Program-made: the position numbers and the translations under genes
From: Octopus vulgaris
Lineage: Eukaryota
Direction: 5' to 3'
Assembly: GCA_951406725.2 (NCBI GenBank)
Contig: OX597828.1
Location: 31,310,001 to 31,374,000 of the forward strand
Length of the DNA stretch: 64,000 bases
Notes under the pieces: generated by a model
What the model was told of the DNA's origin: nothing
Databases searched by the model: none
The model's input: the letters and a program-made list of their open reading frames with translations, nothing else
Shown here: in pieces, positions 11,632-24,070 of the stretch
How the letters are laid out: each line of letters begins with the position of its first letter
Position numbering within the stretch: position 1 is the stretch's first letter

Positions 11632-12494
11632 CTGCAGCAATGATGTATAAATACATTTTGAAATATCTCTACATAAACATGTGAGCTGAATTACTGAGAA
11701 ATTATTTCAATATGAGATTGCATCATTCATGGTTTTGAAGTTGCCATTTCAAACAGAACGACTATTTTACATGAATAAATGAATTAACAACAAATTGCGT
11801 GATTTATATGTGGCTCCAGCACACTAAACTGCCATACATATTTTACTGAATTATGTGTTCAAATATGTACATATGTTACAGATCAAAATGCTGTCGTAGA
11901 TATAACTGATTTACGACTTTAGTGAAGCTTATAAAAAAGAAAATCTAATAACGCTTACTTCCTTTTCAATATCTGTTTGCATTTACATAGATATATGGAA
12001 AATAGCGTAAATGTCAGCAGAATTCACCATATTCCATCTATTAGTTGAGCAGCATTTCTACATTACCCAGAAACATTTTGTAATGTATTCTGTGACGGGG
12101 AAATACACACTTATGATATATTGTATATAAATATAGAATGAGCAAATATGAAGGTACTCTATTATCGAAATTATTACTAACTTCTTACTGCCAAACATAG
12201 TGCGAGCGAGTTTCACAGGAACCAAAACGATGTTTCCATGATAAGAGTGAATCCATTGAGCATATTAGGTACATGAAAACCTACAGATTTTAAATGACTC
12301 TATTCATAGGCATGCGCAGAGACTTTATTCTGGATTCCTTCATCTCTTTCATACTATTTCGCTTTTAGCAAATACATTGATGACAAATATAGAGTATTCT
12401 GAACAAATTCTGTAATATGGGAAAAGAGTAATATTTCTATATGTGTATGGCTCATTAAACACTGAAACCGCTCAGAGAAGAAAGGAAAACTTAC

Positions 12495-12615
12495 AATTAT
12501 TTGACACCCTACAAGACAGATAAAATTCATAGCAGTAACGTTCCACTGAAGTTGATTCAAGTGACTGGTAGTAGAAGAATCATGTGTACTGATGTAATTC
12601 GACAATGTTGATGTT
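12495..12615 (-). CDS. Candidate upstream exon (unassigned)
   Basis: T-rich acceptor ttttggtttttttttcaaag|, one open frame TSTLSNYISTHDSSTTSHLNQLQWNVTAMNFICLVGCQII, perfect donor |gtaagt. Its phase does not join 11631 directly. Confidence 0.25.
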
Positions 12616-14782
12616 CTTTGAAAAAAAAACCAAAAAAAAAACTAACAGTCAATATTTGTGAGAGCGATAGCTTCTGGTTAGCAAAATACATTTGACGAGA
12701 CACTGAAACAGGAGTGGGAGAGATAGGTGAGGAGAGACAGAGACGAGAGTTTGTGAGTGACAGCAGTAGAGAGGAGCCAATGCTTATGTGGAGCATTCTA
12801 TGAATATGCTTCTCGGTGAGATCATGAAGAGTTGTCGAGTAGACTGTACTTTGTTAGTATTTAAAAGACCTGTGTATTTAGCAGCAATGGCAATGTAAAA
12901 TGTATGTGAGCAGTACTGTATTATGGATAATATGTCATCTAGTGTTCGTGGCCAGGTGGAATTTACTGCCTCTGAAGGTAATGATTAAATTTTACATGCA
13001 ATATTTTCTATTGTCAAGGCATACTTTATCCCCTTAAGATCCTCATTGATAGCGACGAGTAGTATTTTAACCGATCATGGGGTATCTGGCAGTGTGGAGT
13101 CTATGTTGAAACTAGTTGACACGTGATCAAATTTTCATACGCGCAATGATTTATTTTCTTTCTTTTTTCACCTGATGAGTACAAAAGTTCCACGACCTCA
13201 TCGGATATATTTTCCTATAAAAAAGAACAAAAAAATATATAAACTGCGTTATATCATTGCTCGTTATGACTGACTAAAAAAATCACTTAGAAGTATTTCG
13301 GTACAGTATCAAAGTACACAACTCGCGAAAACCTAATTGGAGGTATTGTAAGTGAAAACTCTGTTATTAATAACGAACATTAGTAAAACCTATTTGCTAA
13401 TACAGACATAACTTCTAAGAAATACACGACAGAGTTATTTTTCATTGACGTTCAGAAATTTGAGTCAATTTTAGACTAAATAACGTTGCATTTCTTTCTG
13501 CTCACACAATTTAACTGTGAATATATAATTTAGAATATATGTTGCACCACCATTGCTGGTAATAACAACTAAAATTCTGTTCTCATAAATTCTTTCTGTC
13601 TTGAAATTAATAGTCATTGGGTAATGTATAATGTTAATGCATCTAAGATAAAGTTCGAAACGTCTCAGTTACTACGACTTTGTCCTTAGTAGAAGCCTAG
13701 CAGAGACGATATTAAGGGCTATAAAACGAAGAAGAATAGCAACATTTCATATAATGACCCTTTTACAGGAAGGCGTTCAATGTAAGAGTACACATTAATT
13801 GTATTACCTAAGGTTAAACTTGTTATTTGTGTTGTGATTATTTTAATCGATGTTCGCAATGTAAATTGTTTCTGTCATTGAATAAAATATTTTTCTAGCT
13901 ATGATCTATTTTCTTTTCCACTAATTGGCATTATAGATGAAACAAATGTGTAGAAAATCACATAAAGGAGACACAAATATTCAATCATTCTAAATGTGAT
14001 TTAGAGCAAGCATCATTCATTACAGAATTGCAATAAACGTTTAAATGTATTTATTGTGTATTATTGTAAAAAATAAAACAACAACATTTTCAGATTCCTT
14101 TCACTTATGATGGTATAATTATTTGGGAGTCAGCAAATGAATTATTGATAATAGTGAATCATTTCTTTTTCATTGTTTTCTTTTCTATTTCATATTTGTA
14201 AATAAGGATGAGACAAATGATTTTACCACGAAGATGCCATATTAATCTAGTGAGAAGAAAAAACGTTTTGTTTACATATTATCTTCATTTAAAAAAAAAT
14301 CCATAACTTTGAAAAACAAAAATGAAAAGAACTAAATGACAAATAGCAGTCGATAATTATTGATATTCTTTTGTTTTAAAGGCGTTTAGGTTTCTCTGTT
14401 CGTTTCTCTTTTTTCACAGTTAATTTTCATGTAGCAAAGGGACACATTTTATCGATTTCCGTTGTTGTTGAGATTTAATTACGTGAACAATATATTATTT
14501 TTAAATTTGAAAATAAAAAAAGGAAAAGAAAAATGGAAATGTATTGTAAATAGACAATAGTGCATTTGACATTATGCTTTCTTCGCCTGAAGAATTGTCC
14601 CTTTGTTATGCATTGCATTCTTTTCTAAAAAGATGCTAATTTCACGCCTACTAAAAAATAGGGATATTATTTCCCCAAATACATACATATATCACATATA
14701 CATTTATGCATACAGATATATATATACATATACATATGTATATATACATATATTTATGCAAGTACACAAATATATACATTTA

Positions 14783-14820
<38 letters not shown>

Positions 14821-14987
14821 TACACAAATATACGCATTTATACAGACACACGCATATATATTCACATATATAATATTATTATTACAAATTTGGAATATTT
14901 ACCATTAGATAAACTCCTATTTCAGGATAACCTTATGATATGGTATACGCAAAGAAAATTTAATGAAATAAAATAACATAATATAAT

Positions 14988-15086
14988 ATTATAGAAGACA
15001 TCTGCCGAAGGTTCCACGCAGTAGGTCAGAACCTGTAACCATGTGGTTCGGAAGCATGTTTCTTACCACACAGCCACGCCGGCGCT
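14988..15086 (-). mobile_element. SINE family B head fragment
   Basis: Matches the tRNA-like head of 5444-5852 (accatgtggtt...cttaccacacagccac). Confidence 0.75.
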
Positions 15087-16414
15087 TATACGTTTGCATA
15101 TTTCTATGTATGTATACTCATGTACCTTTTCAGGAGTCTACCATTACATGATTTCGTGTCGTTTGATCAGTGTCCTGTATTGTAATCATAATGCAAGACA
15201 TCCCGACAGTATCTGGAAGAATATGAATTCAACATTCTCCGTTAAATTAATTAAAACAATCTATGATTAATACTAAATTCTGTAAACTCTATGCATTAAA
15301 CAATAGATTTCTGGAAATATTGCACGTATAATGATATAATTCACACAGGTATGATTGTCTGTAAATAGATTTTCTCAATAACTCAGCTAATGTCTTTTGA
15401 CAATTTTCGTGTAATGCTAAATTTTTGATGCACACCATAATGCTATCAATATGGGGAGTTTTAAGTTTTGAAAATGATTTGATAATTCGAACCTTATGGC
15501 AACAATGCAGACCACATTGCAGGACTGACTTCCCAATTTTCCAAGAAAAGCTAAGTTATTCATTTTTAGAAACACTTTTTCTTTTAATTACAAAGCAAAC
15601 AATGTTATTATTAATATTTCACTTATACAGCGATGAATAATATATGGAGGTTTATATAGTAATATTTACATAAAATATTCTTATACTGGTGTATCAGCAC
15701 AAGCAGTAGTTATATGTGAAATATCATTTGTATAATGAAGTGAGATTTATAAGATGAAGCTGATTTCATTAGCTGAATAGAATTAAAATCCCCTTAACGA
15801 AATTATCTTTCGTGAATAATTATATAATACTATAAATATTTCAACAAGTTATAACAATTAGGATAATATATCTTGTCATTATTAGATTAGATAAGAATTT
15901 TAAAATAATGATAATGTAATATAAATTAGTAATGAGGAATATTTTCGGAATACACTTTCGTATAAAATAGTCGACCCTCGTATTTAATATTATTATTTAT
16001 ATTTTGATTATACATGTTTGAATGGAATGTATTTCAATATAGAATTATCAGAAAATGAATATTAAAAGAAGCATCAAAGTAAGTGTCGTAACATCACACA
16101 AATTTGGAGATCAAGGAAGATTATTTTCAGTGATATTAGTTGCTAAAACTGCAGCCTAGCTCGTCATCATCGGAACATTTCTCCTCATATTTCCTCTAGC
16201 GTCCTTTTTTCGCTTATCGTTTCTTTACTTCAGTTATCGCATTGCAGACGTACTGAGGCACCATATATAATTGTTTAGTGAAACACATGAACACAGAGTA
16301 CATAATCGTAAACAAACCCCCACCGTTTGGAAAGCGCTAGCGGGATAACTACAAGCACTTAAATACTCATAAGCATCCATCTACAGACCACACACTTACA
16401 CAACATATACACAC

Positions 16415-16483
<69 letters not shown>

Positions 16484-16495
16484 AACACATTCACA

Positions 16496-16663
16496 CGGAT
16501 GTTTTGCACACAGGTTCAGTTTACCTACATCTCTCACAAGAAATATACCGAATCGGATCTATGGTAGTTGAAAACACTTGCTGAAGGTACTGCGCAATGT
16601 TTCTGAACCCGAAAACACGGGTCTGCAATGCAGCATTCTTAGCGGCACTCCCATACCTGCACC
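16496..16663 (-). mobile_element. Diverged SINE family B 5' half
   Basis: Colinear similarity to 5700-5852 (ctcacaag...acacttgc...ctgaacccgaaa). Confidence 0.6.
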
Positions 16664-17068
16664 TACACAATACTGCCTATGGCTATGCGAAGAAGTAGGG
16701 CAACAAAATTGACAGATGAAACGCAGTGCTACAGTGAATATTTTAGCTATTAGTTAGTGGAGGTTCAAGTAAGTCTAGAAACACTTTTCTGCAATGTCAG
16801 AGGGAAAATACATCGATAATAAGGAGGAATTCTGTTCATTATTTACATTGGACGGATATGTTCACTTATCTTGTTTGTTGTTACCATAACTTTTCGGCTG
16901 ATTTACTCTCCAGCCTCCATCAGTTGTCCGGGTAGAATTTTGAAACCGTCTCTGGGATCTCATTACTAAGGTTTCTTTTTTTGCTGATGTTGTTGTTGTT
17001 GTTATTATTATTATTAATATTATTATTATTATCATTATTATTATTATTCAGTAGTTTTATTTTTATAG

Positions 17069-17105
<37 letters not shown>

Positions 17106-17194
17106 TATTCAAGGCATTACCGGGAATTGAAGTCGGATTAGTAGCTCGCGCTCTACTAACCCCAATATTTCGAGTTCAATTCCAGGCTGTGTCT

Positions 17195-17247
<53 letters not shown>

Positions 17248-17259
17248 TATAATAATAAT

Positions 17260-17300
<41 letters not shown>

Positions 17301-17475
17301 GTTTAAATATTTGTTGTGCAAGATTTTTTATGTGAAGTCGTGTGTTGAAACAGATATTGTTATAGTTCGGAATGGTCATATTGCCAGTTTAGCCAATAAA
17401 AACACACGCACTATATATTTGGTGTTATTTTGCTTCAGTGATATTTATTTTTTACATTAATCTTAATCTTATTTC

Positions 17476-17520
17476 GGCCAAAGTTCTTTCGTCACACTCC
17501 TGTGACCGCATCAGTGGTCC
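17476..17520 (-). ncRNA. Near-complete type I hammerhead motif (core A9>C)
   Basis: GGACCA-CUGAUGC-G-GUCACA(GGAG)UGUGAC-GAAA-G(AA)C-UU-UGGCC. Stems I, II and III all pair; there is one core substitution. Confidence 0.65.
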
Positions 17521-17847
17521 TTTGTTTTCTTCTCACTTACTTGTGTCTCTCCTTACTAACCGTCAGTCATTTTGTATTTCTATTGTATGTCTTCATTTGC
17601 GCATGCTTATATCTCTATGTGCGTCTATGTTTATTTAGTGTGTGTGTGGGGGGATGCTTGTAATATTTGTATCTTCTGGTTATATACATTCTTGTAATTT
17701 GTATTTTGTTTTTGTTGTTGTTGCTTTTGTTCTAATTTTGTTCATGTGTTTACATCCACCCATTATTATCATTACATATGCTTGTATGTATGTATAACAA
17801 CAATATTAGTAATAATAATAATAAATCTAATCGAAAAAAAAAAATTA

Positions 17848-17912
<65 letters not shown>

Positions 17913-18041
17913 TAATAATAATTATGATGATGATGATGATGATAATAATAATCATAATAATAATAATAATAATAATAATATCAGCAAAAAGCAAATAACT
18001 TAGGGATGAGAACCTAGGGTAGGGTTCAAAATTCTACCCGG

Positions 18042-18084
18042 ACACCTGATGAAGACTGGAGAGTAAATCAGCCGAAACGTTGTA
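18042..18084 (+). ncRNA. Type I hammerhead motif, partly decayed
   Basis: ACAC-CUGAUGA-A-GACUG(GAGAGUAAAU)CAGCC-GAAA-CG-UU-GU. The core is intact, stem II has one mismatch (GGCUG in the inverted copy at 16891-16925) and stem I is only 2 bp. Confidence 0.6.
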
Positions 18085-19471
18085 GGAAAAACAAATTAGA
18101 TGACAACACATATCCGCCCAATGTAAATAATGTAAATATAAAAGATGGATGTAAGAATTTGCTTTACGTTGGGGCAATGCAAGGTCTCTCAAAAACTAGC
18201 ATTAGATATTATATTTTCATAAATAAATCAATTATATATTAAACCGACTTGTCTCTTGATCGGTCAGAATTTTATGCTTAATACTTCTATAACAGTTAAT
18301 AATTAATAATACCTAATAGGTATCATATAAATATTTAATATAATATTATATATAAATATTAAAATATTGATACTTCACCTTATCTACGAGGACGGTAACT
18401 GATTTTTCCTGCATTCACGCATATCTATGGTATCCAAAAGACTACCAACAGAAACATATTATTATTATAAATAATTAATTACATGTTAAAACTACTTGAA
18501 ATTTAAATATGATGATACTTCGCGTTTTCTTTCACTTGCATCTGTAAATATAAGCATCAAAGAATTCTTCCCAGATGTAATATTGATATAAAATATGAAA
18601 TAGTAAAGATGTACATAAAATTTCTTAGATAGGTGACAGGATCATTATAACTGCTTTCTATTAAGCATGTTTCGTGAATATAAAGATGATATTTTATAAT
18701 TTAATTTATTAAACTACGTTAGAGTTAAACCCGTTGGTTTATATTGAATGCAGTTTTAGTAATATTATTAATATTAAAAATATGAATTGCATTTGGTAAC
18801 TTGTAAGTCTTCCTTTGTTTACATATTTGCAATGACTGCAAGTATTGCACACAAATATGGATGAGGTAATATTGTAATATTAATGATTAGCAGTTTTTGA
18901 TCCGTCATATTTTTCTTGGTTTCCATATTTTAACAAATGCACACGCAATTACATGATGGATATTACCGCTCTCTCTATTCCACTCTATCTCAACGTATCT
19001 CTATCATTCTATCTTCTTCAAACTGTCTATCTGTATATATATATATATAAACACCTAGTTCTCACTAACTGCAACAACACCACCGATAGCAATTATTATG
19101 TATAACAGAGGCAAGCGCACAACTATGTCATATATATTTGTTTGTGAGTATATATAAATATACTTATAAAGGATTTTTTAAAATACAAACATTACCAAAA
19201 GGCACGCATCTTTGTCAAGACTCGACCAACACGTTGGAATGCAGCTCCTTTCTAGAAATTATCCACTATGGTATATTCAACAACCCAGTTTCAATATGGA
19301 AACGGCTGTAGGGATAGGTATTTCACATATTTATTTGAATATCTTTGAATATACTGATGTCTATACGGCAATTTGTCCATTACCTTCTTTTTCCTGATTC
19401 ATAAATACTTTAAATATTAATATACATCAATGCAAAGCTAAAGTATTTAGTTTTCATTGAACACTGAGATG

Positions 19472-19589
<118 letters not shown>

Positions 19590-19593
19590 AAAT

Positions 19594-19692
19594 AGGCACC
19601 GGAGTGGCTCTGTGATATGTAGCTTGCTTACTAACCACATTGATCCGGGTTCAGTCCTTCTACGTGGCAACTTCGTGTTTTCTACTCTTGAC
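19594..19692 (+). mobile_element. SINE family B head fragment
   Basis: ggagtggctctgtgatatgtagcttgcttactaaccacattgatccgggttcagtcc, the tRNA-like head. Confidence 0.8.
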
Positions 19693-20169
19693 TCCGATAA
19701 ATAGATAGCTGGATATTTAGATAGTATAAAAGAGAGAGGGAGAGAAATAATGTATCAGAGCTTGCTGTCAATGGGAGATACTTTGGCTTTGTTTAAGCAT
19801 CTCTGTTAGAAAAAATACTCCAAATTAATACTTACGATGACACTTACATCCGAAGATGCAGGTTACATCTATTCAAAGCAGAGGAATTACGTTGTTCGTA
19901 GAGTTTCATCGCACACTGCACGATGTTCTTGTCTCATAAAAAAAAAATACCTGAACCACCATTAGCGCTTGATATTTAACATTTCTCTTTATATCGGATA
20001 TTATTGCAGGCCACAGCTAAAGAAGGTAGAATATTGAAAGAAATATACTACTTTAGAGCCTGATAGCAAGCGTGACACTGAAAGGTATAGTAAAACAGTA
20101 TAATTCGGTACGTACCCAGAATAACTTAGCCTGCACCATCCTATCATCTTGGAGCTCCGAGCATGTTCA

Positions 20170-22500
20170 GACCTTTGAATATTACTTGCTGGAATGTTCA
20201 CGTCTTATCAAATCATGACTCATTTACGAAAAAGAAAATCACCGCTTCCAGAAGGAGCTACTGTACTATACCATAAATGTGAGGTCCTTATCTGTAACGT
20301 GACTTTTTGAAAAGAGTCACTTCACTGAACAATCTACACTCTAGTAGCAATACATTCTATTAATGTACGACAGTAGAGGTATGCAATATCAAGTTTGCTG
20401 TCGTGTTTGCTGTCAATAATTACATAGGTTTAGCTGGAAGAACATCTGTGACGATTTTCTGTTCCACTGAATAAGAAAGCCATTTGCCAAATAATAGATT
20501 CGTTACCCCTGTGAATATCTACGCGACAACTGTGCAGTCCTCTGAAGATAAAAAAATAGCATTTTATGTTTAATTAAAAAAGGCCTAGTCCATGAGAATC
20601 CTTGTGTTGTGAAACTCGTCATATTCGGTATCCCCGTGGCTAGATCTGACAAGCCTTACTAAAACCAAGAAATAAATTGAAAAACACCATGCCACGGAAG
20701 AAAGATACAAAAAAATTCTTGGATGCCTCAAATCAAGATTCTCAGGCATATGATTGATTTTGTCCTCGTTCGTAAGCATGACATTCGTATTGAATACAGT
20801 ATAGTGTTTACGTAGAGTGATGTATATAGGAATAATGATCGTCTTGTTCCTATGAAAGTCTAGTGAAGTTTGTTACAGGTGGATTCTCTGCTTAGGTCTT
20901 GAAAGTTGGGAATGCAAACTTGCTTATACTGTGTAACTAACTTAATCCAAAAGCGTTTGAATTGATCAGGGTGTATCAAATGATTGGGAAAGTAGATATA
21001 TGAAGTGAATGTGGTTGTCTATGATGAGAAAGCTAAGAAGAATAGCTATATGAATTACGGGGTAAGAAAATGTTCTTCTCTGTTATAGGCAAGATATATT
21101 GTAGGATGATTCTGAATAGCCCTCTCAGATAACATCCCAGATATGGTGTTTCTCAGAAATGGCAGGGGTACAATAGATACGAAACTTAGGCAAGTACACA
21201 ATATTGAGTAACAGATGCACCTGTATCAATTCATGGTTGATCCGCTTATTACCTCTGATACTTAGTATGGTTATGCTTTATAGGACAGATTGAAGAAGAT
21301 TGGGCGTCGTGACTAGATTGTCTTTATGCTTCAGCATATTTTTGTCGGAATGAAAACTTGTTTGTCCTCTCTGTGTTTACCCCCCTTGAGAGCTTCAAAC
21401 TCCTTGGAAATGGATGGGTAAACCTCCCTGTATCTGATCCAATGTTTTGGCAAATGATGCTAAGCAATGAAATATAGCAACGTTAAATTTGTTTCTGCTG
21501 TACTTTATTATGTATTTCGCTGCATCTTTGAGTTGCTTCCATGGAATCTACATGAGAATCTATTCGTTGCATCTGAGAGTTGCTTCAATGGAATCTACAT
21601 GAGATACAATAGGTAAGTTGTTAGAAGAAAGTTATTGTGAAAACTAATACATGGACTCTCTCTATGCATTTGTTTATGATTGATTTAGGTTTCCTTTCCC
21701 AAGCGAATGCAATGCTTTGGGTCTAATAATCCTTAAAAAGGTCGTAATGTAACAGTCGGCACTAAGCAGGGCATTCTTTGAGATAAACGTGCATGTGTAT
21801 AAATGAAAATTCCAGATTGTTGATAAATTGTGTATTTAAGCATTACTATGAATATGACAAATAGATTTGATGATGAAATCGATAAAACCAGTCACGCATT
21901 TAGAAAATTGGATAGACATTTAATGGTCTCGTCGTGGAATTTGAATTGACATTATGTTGCAGTGCAAGGATATTTGCATTTTATTTTTGATTCTATTTAT
22001 ATTTAAGACCTGCGTTACTTACCGGAGACATATGAATAGATGGAACGGCTTTAACCACTTTATAATGTATATCATTATCCACTTTATGATGTATATCGGA
22101 AGACAAATGTAGGTAGGCGGCGTTGAAACCTGCAAACACATTCAGTCTACGAACATAGAGTCAGTGCGTCATACATCAGCAGCGATTACGATGGCATTGT
22201 TTTGTGCTCAGGTAAGATGACGATCGGATGCCCAGGTACAATCTCTCTGCCAAATAAAGGTAAAATCTTAAGCTGAAATTAATAAATAAGGACATCGTTA
22301 AATAAATCCTTGAGAGCTTCAAAATCATTGGAAATGGATGGGTAAACGTCACAGTAAACAGGAAGAAAGCAGTGTATAACAGAAACAGCCGAGGAAAATT
22401 GTATCGAACCAAAAAAAAAAAAGAAAACACTAAAGACATGACTGTAAGGGGCTTGATATTAATTTGCGTGATGATTTTTCTGTTCTCAAAAAGTCAATAG
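20170..22500 (+). pseudogene. Heavily decayed RTE-clade LINE (APE endonuclease to RT C-terminus)
   Basis: Fragments NITCWNVH (xTWNVR), VNIYATT (SAYAPT), DDEIDK..HAFRKL and QQRLRWHCFVLR*DDDRMPR (RLRWLGHVxRMDDxRIPK). Boundaries approximate. Confidence 0.75.
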
Positions 22501-23119
22501 ATAATACGTTAACAAAGCGAATGTATTAAATATGTTCTACGCACAGCGTCTGTAATTTCAGGGATCCCGGAAACGAATGTGTACCAGAACGCAGAATGGA
22601 ACACCATATTAAAGTTCACTTAAATAATACTGAAACGCCTCCTGGGAAAGGCACTCATCTTTGTCACACTACAACAGAACAATGTGAATTTGAAGCAATG
22701 CTGACAAGATAGGTTCACAATCATCATGATTAAAACTAAAACATAGAGACAGAAATATCGAAACGGTGTAACTTTACTTGAATTTACAAAATATTACAGG
22801 TTCTTACAGTAATCTATCACGGTTGTGCTAAGAGGAATCAAATTGAGTATTGGCAGTGTAATTGAGATTCTATCAAGATTATCTGCATTATATTATTATA
22901 GCCTATATAATAAAATATTCGTTGGGGATCCGCGAGAATTTGAAATAAGAATGCACAGAACCGAAAACCATACCAGAATCTATCTTTTCAGTAAAAATTT
23001 CGAGAGCTTGACTTTGATATATACGCACAGACACAGACGCACAGACACACATATGACACAAACACACACACACACATACATATATATATACATATACACA
23101 GACTTATATGTTTGTATGC

Positions 23120-23164
<45 letters not shown>

Positions 23165-23770
23165 TACACACATATATATATATATATATATATAGATAGA
23201 TTATATATATATATATTTGTGTTTGTGTTTACATGTGTTTATCTCTCTCATATATAATATATATATATATTATATATGCTCCAGCATACATGTATACAGT
23301 GTACACCCATATATAATAATATTCCTATGTGTATTTGTGAGTTTGTGTGTGTAAATGTGTATTTTCACATTCATTCTTGTCTGGGAAAAGAATATTAAAT
23401 AGATACTGGCAGTTGTGTGTTTGTGTGCGTGTAGTTGTACTCATTCCGTTTTAAATATATATATATATTGATAGATAGATAGATAGATAGATAGATAACT
23501 ATATTTTCGTTTAAAAAATATGACATTGCATGAGTGTTTCAATAATTGAATCTATTTAGTTCTTTAACTAGGAATATAATTTTCTTTTAAATGCAATTTA
23601 CAAAAAAATATTTGAACGCTGTGTATCTAATAGTTTATTAAAACTGAATCATTTTATTTAAGAGCTACTTAATACAGACGATTCCCATTACATTTAAGTT
23701 TATATGCATATGCAAATGTATATGTCTGTATTTATGTATATATGTACATACGTACGTATATATACATGTA

Positions 23771-23843
<73 letters not shown>

Positions 23844-24014
23844 GCTATATGTATATACCTCTATGTATAAATTAAACACATTCACACATAGACTAAGATT
23901 TATGGTAATGTGTATATGACTCGAGCAATATTTTTATTGGTAGCGTGTCTGGTTCAGAATCAAAATTAAATAAATTTAAATCGATAGAGTTATTTAGAAA
24001 CAAATATATATATG

Positions 24015-24070
<56 letters not shown>

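Larger units (their letters stand above)
16835..18135. mobile_element. Head-to-head pair of tRNA-headed, (AAT)n-spacer, hammerhead-bearing SINE-like elements
   Basis: 16835-16975 is the reverse complement of about 17995-18135. Both are joined through (AAT)n tracts to overlapping inverted tRNA-like heads at 17108-17197 (B-box-like gagttcaattcc at 17172-17183). Confidence 0.7.

Noticed and set aside
11959-12975. Further minus-strand exon candidates (near 11959-12089, 12350-12411 and 12860-12971)
   Set aside because: Splice-like sites are present, but the frames contain stops or the phases do not chain to the 11631 exon.
13172-13205. CUGAUGA motif
   Set aside because: No GAAA follows a stem II; it forms a simple ctgatgag/ctcatcgg hairpin instead.
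17108-17197. tRNA gene
   Set aside because: No complete cloverleaf; these are overlapping SINE heads.
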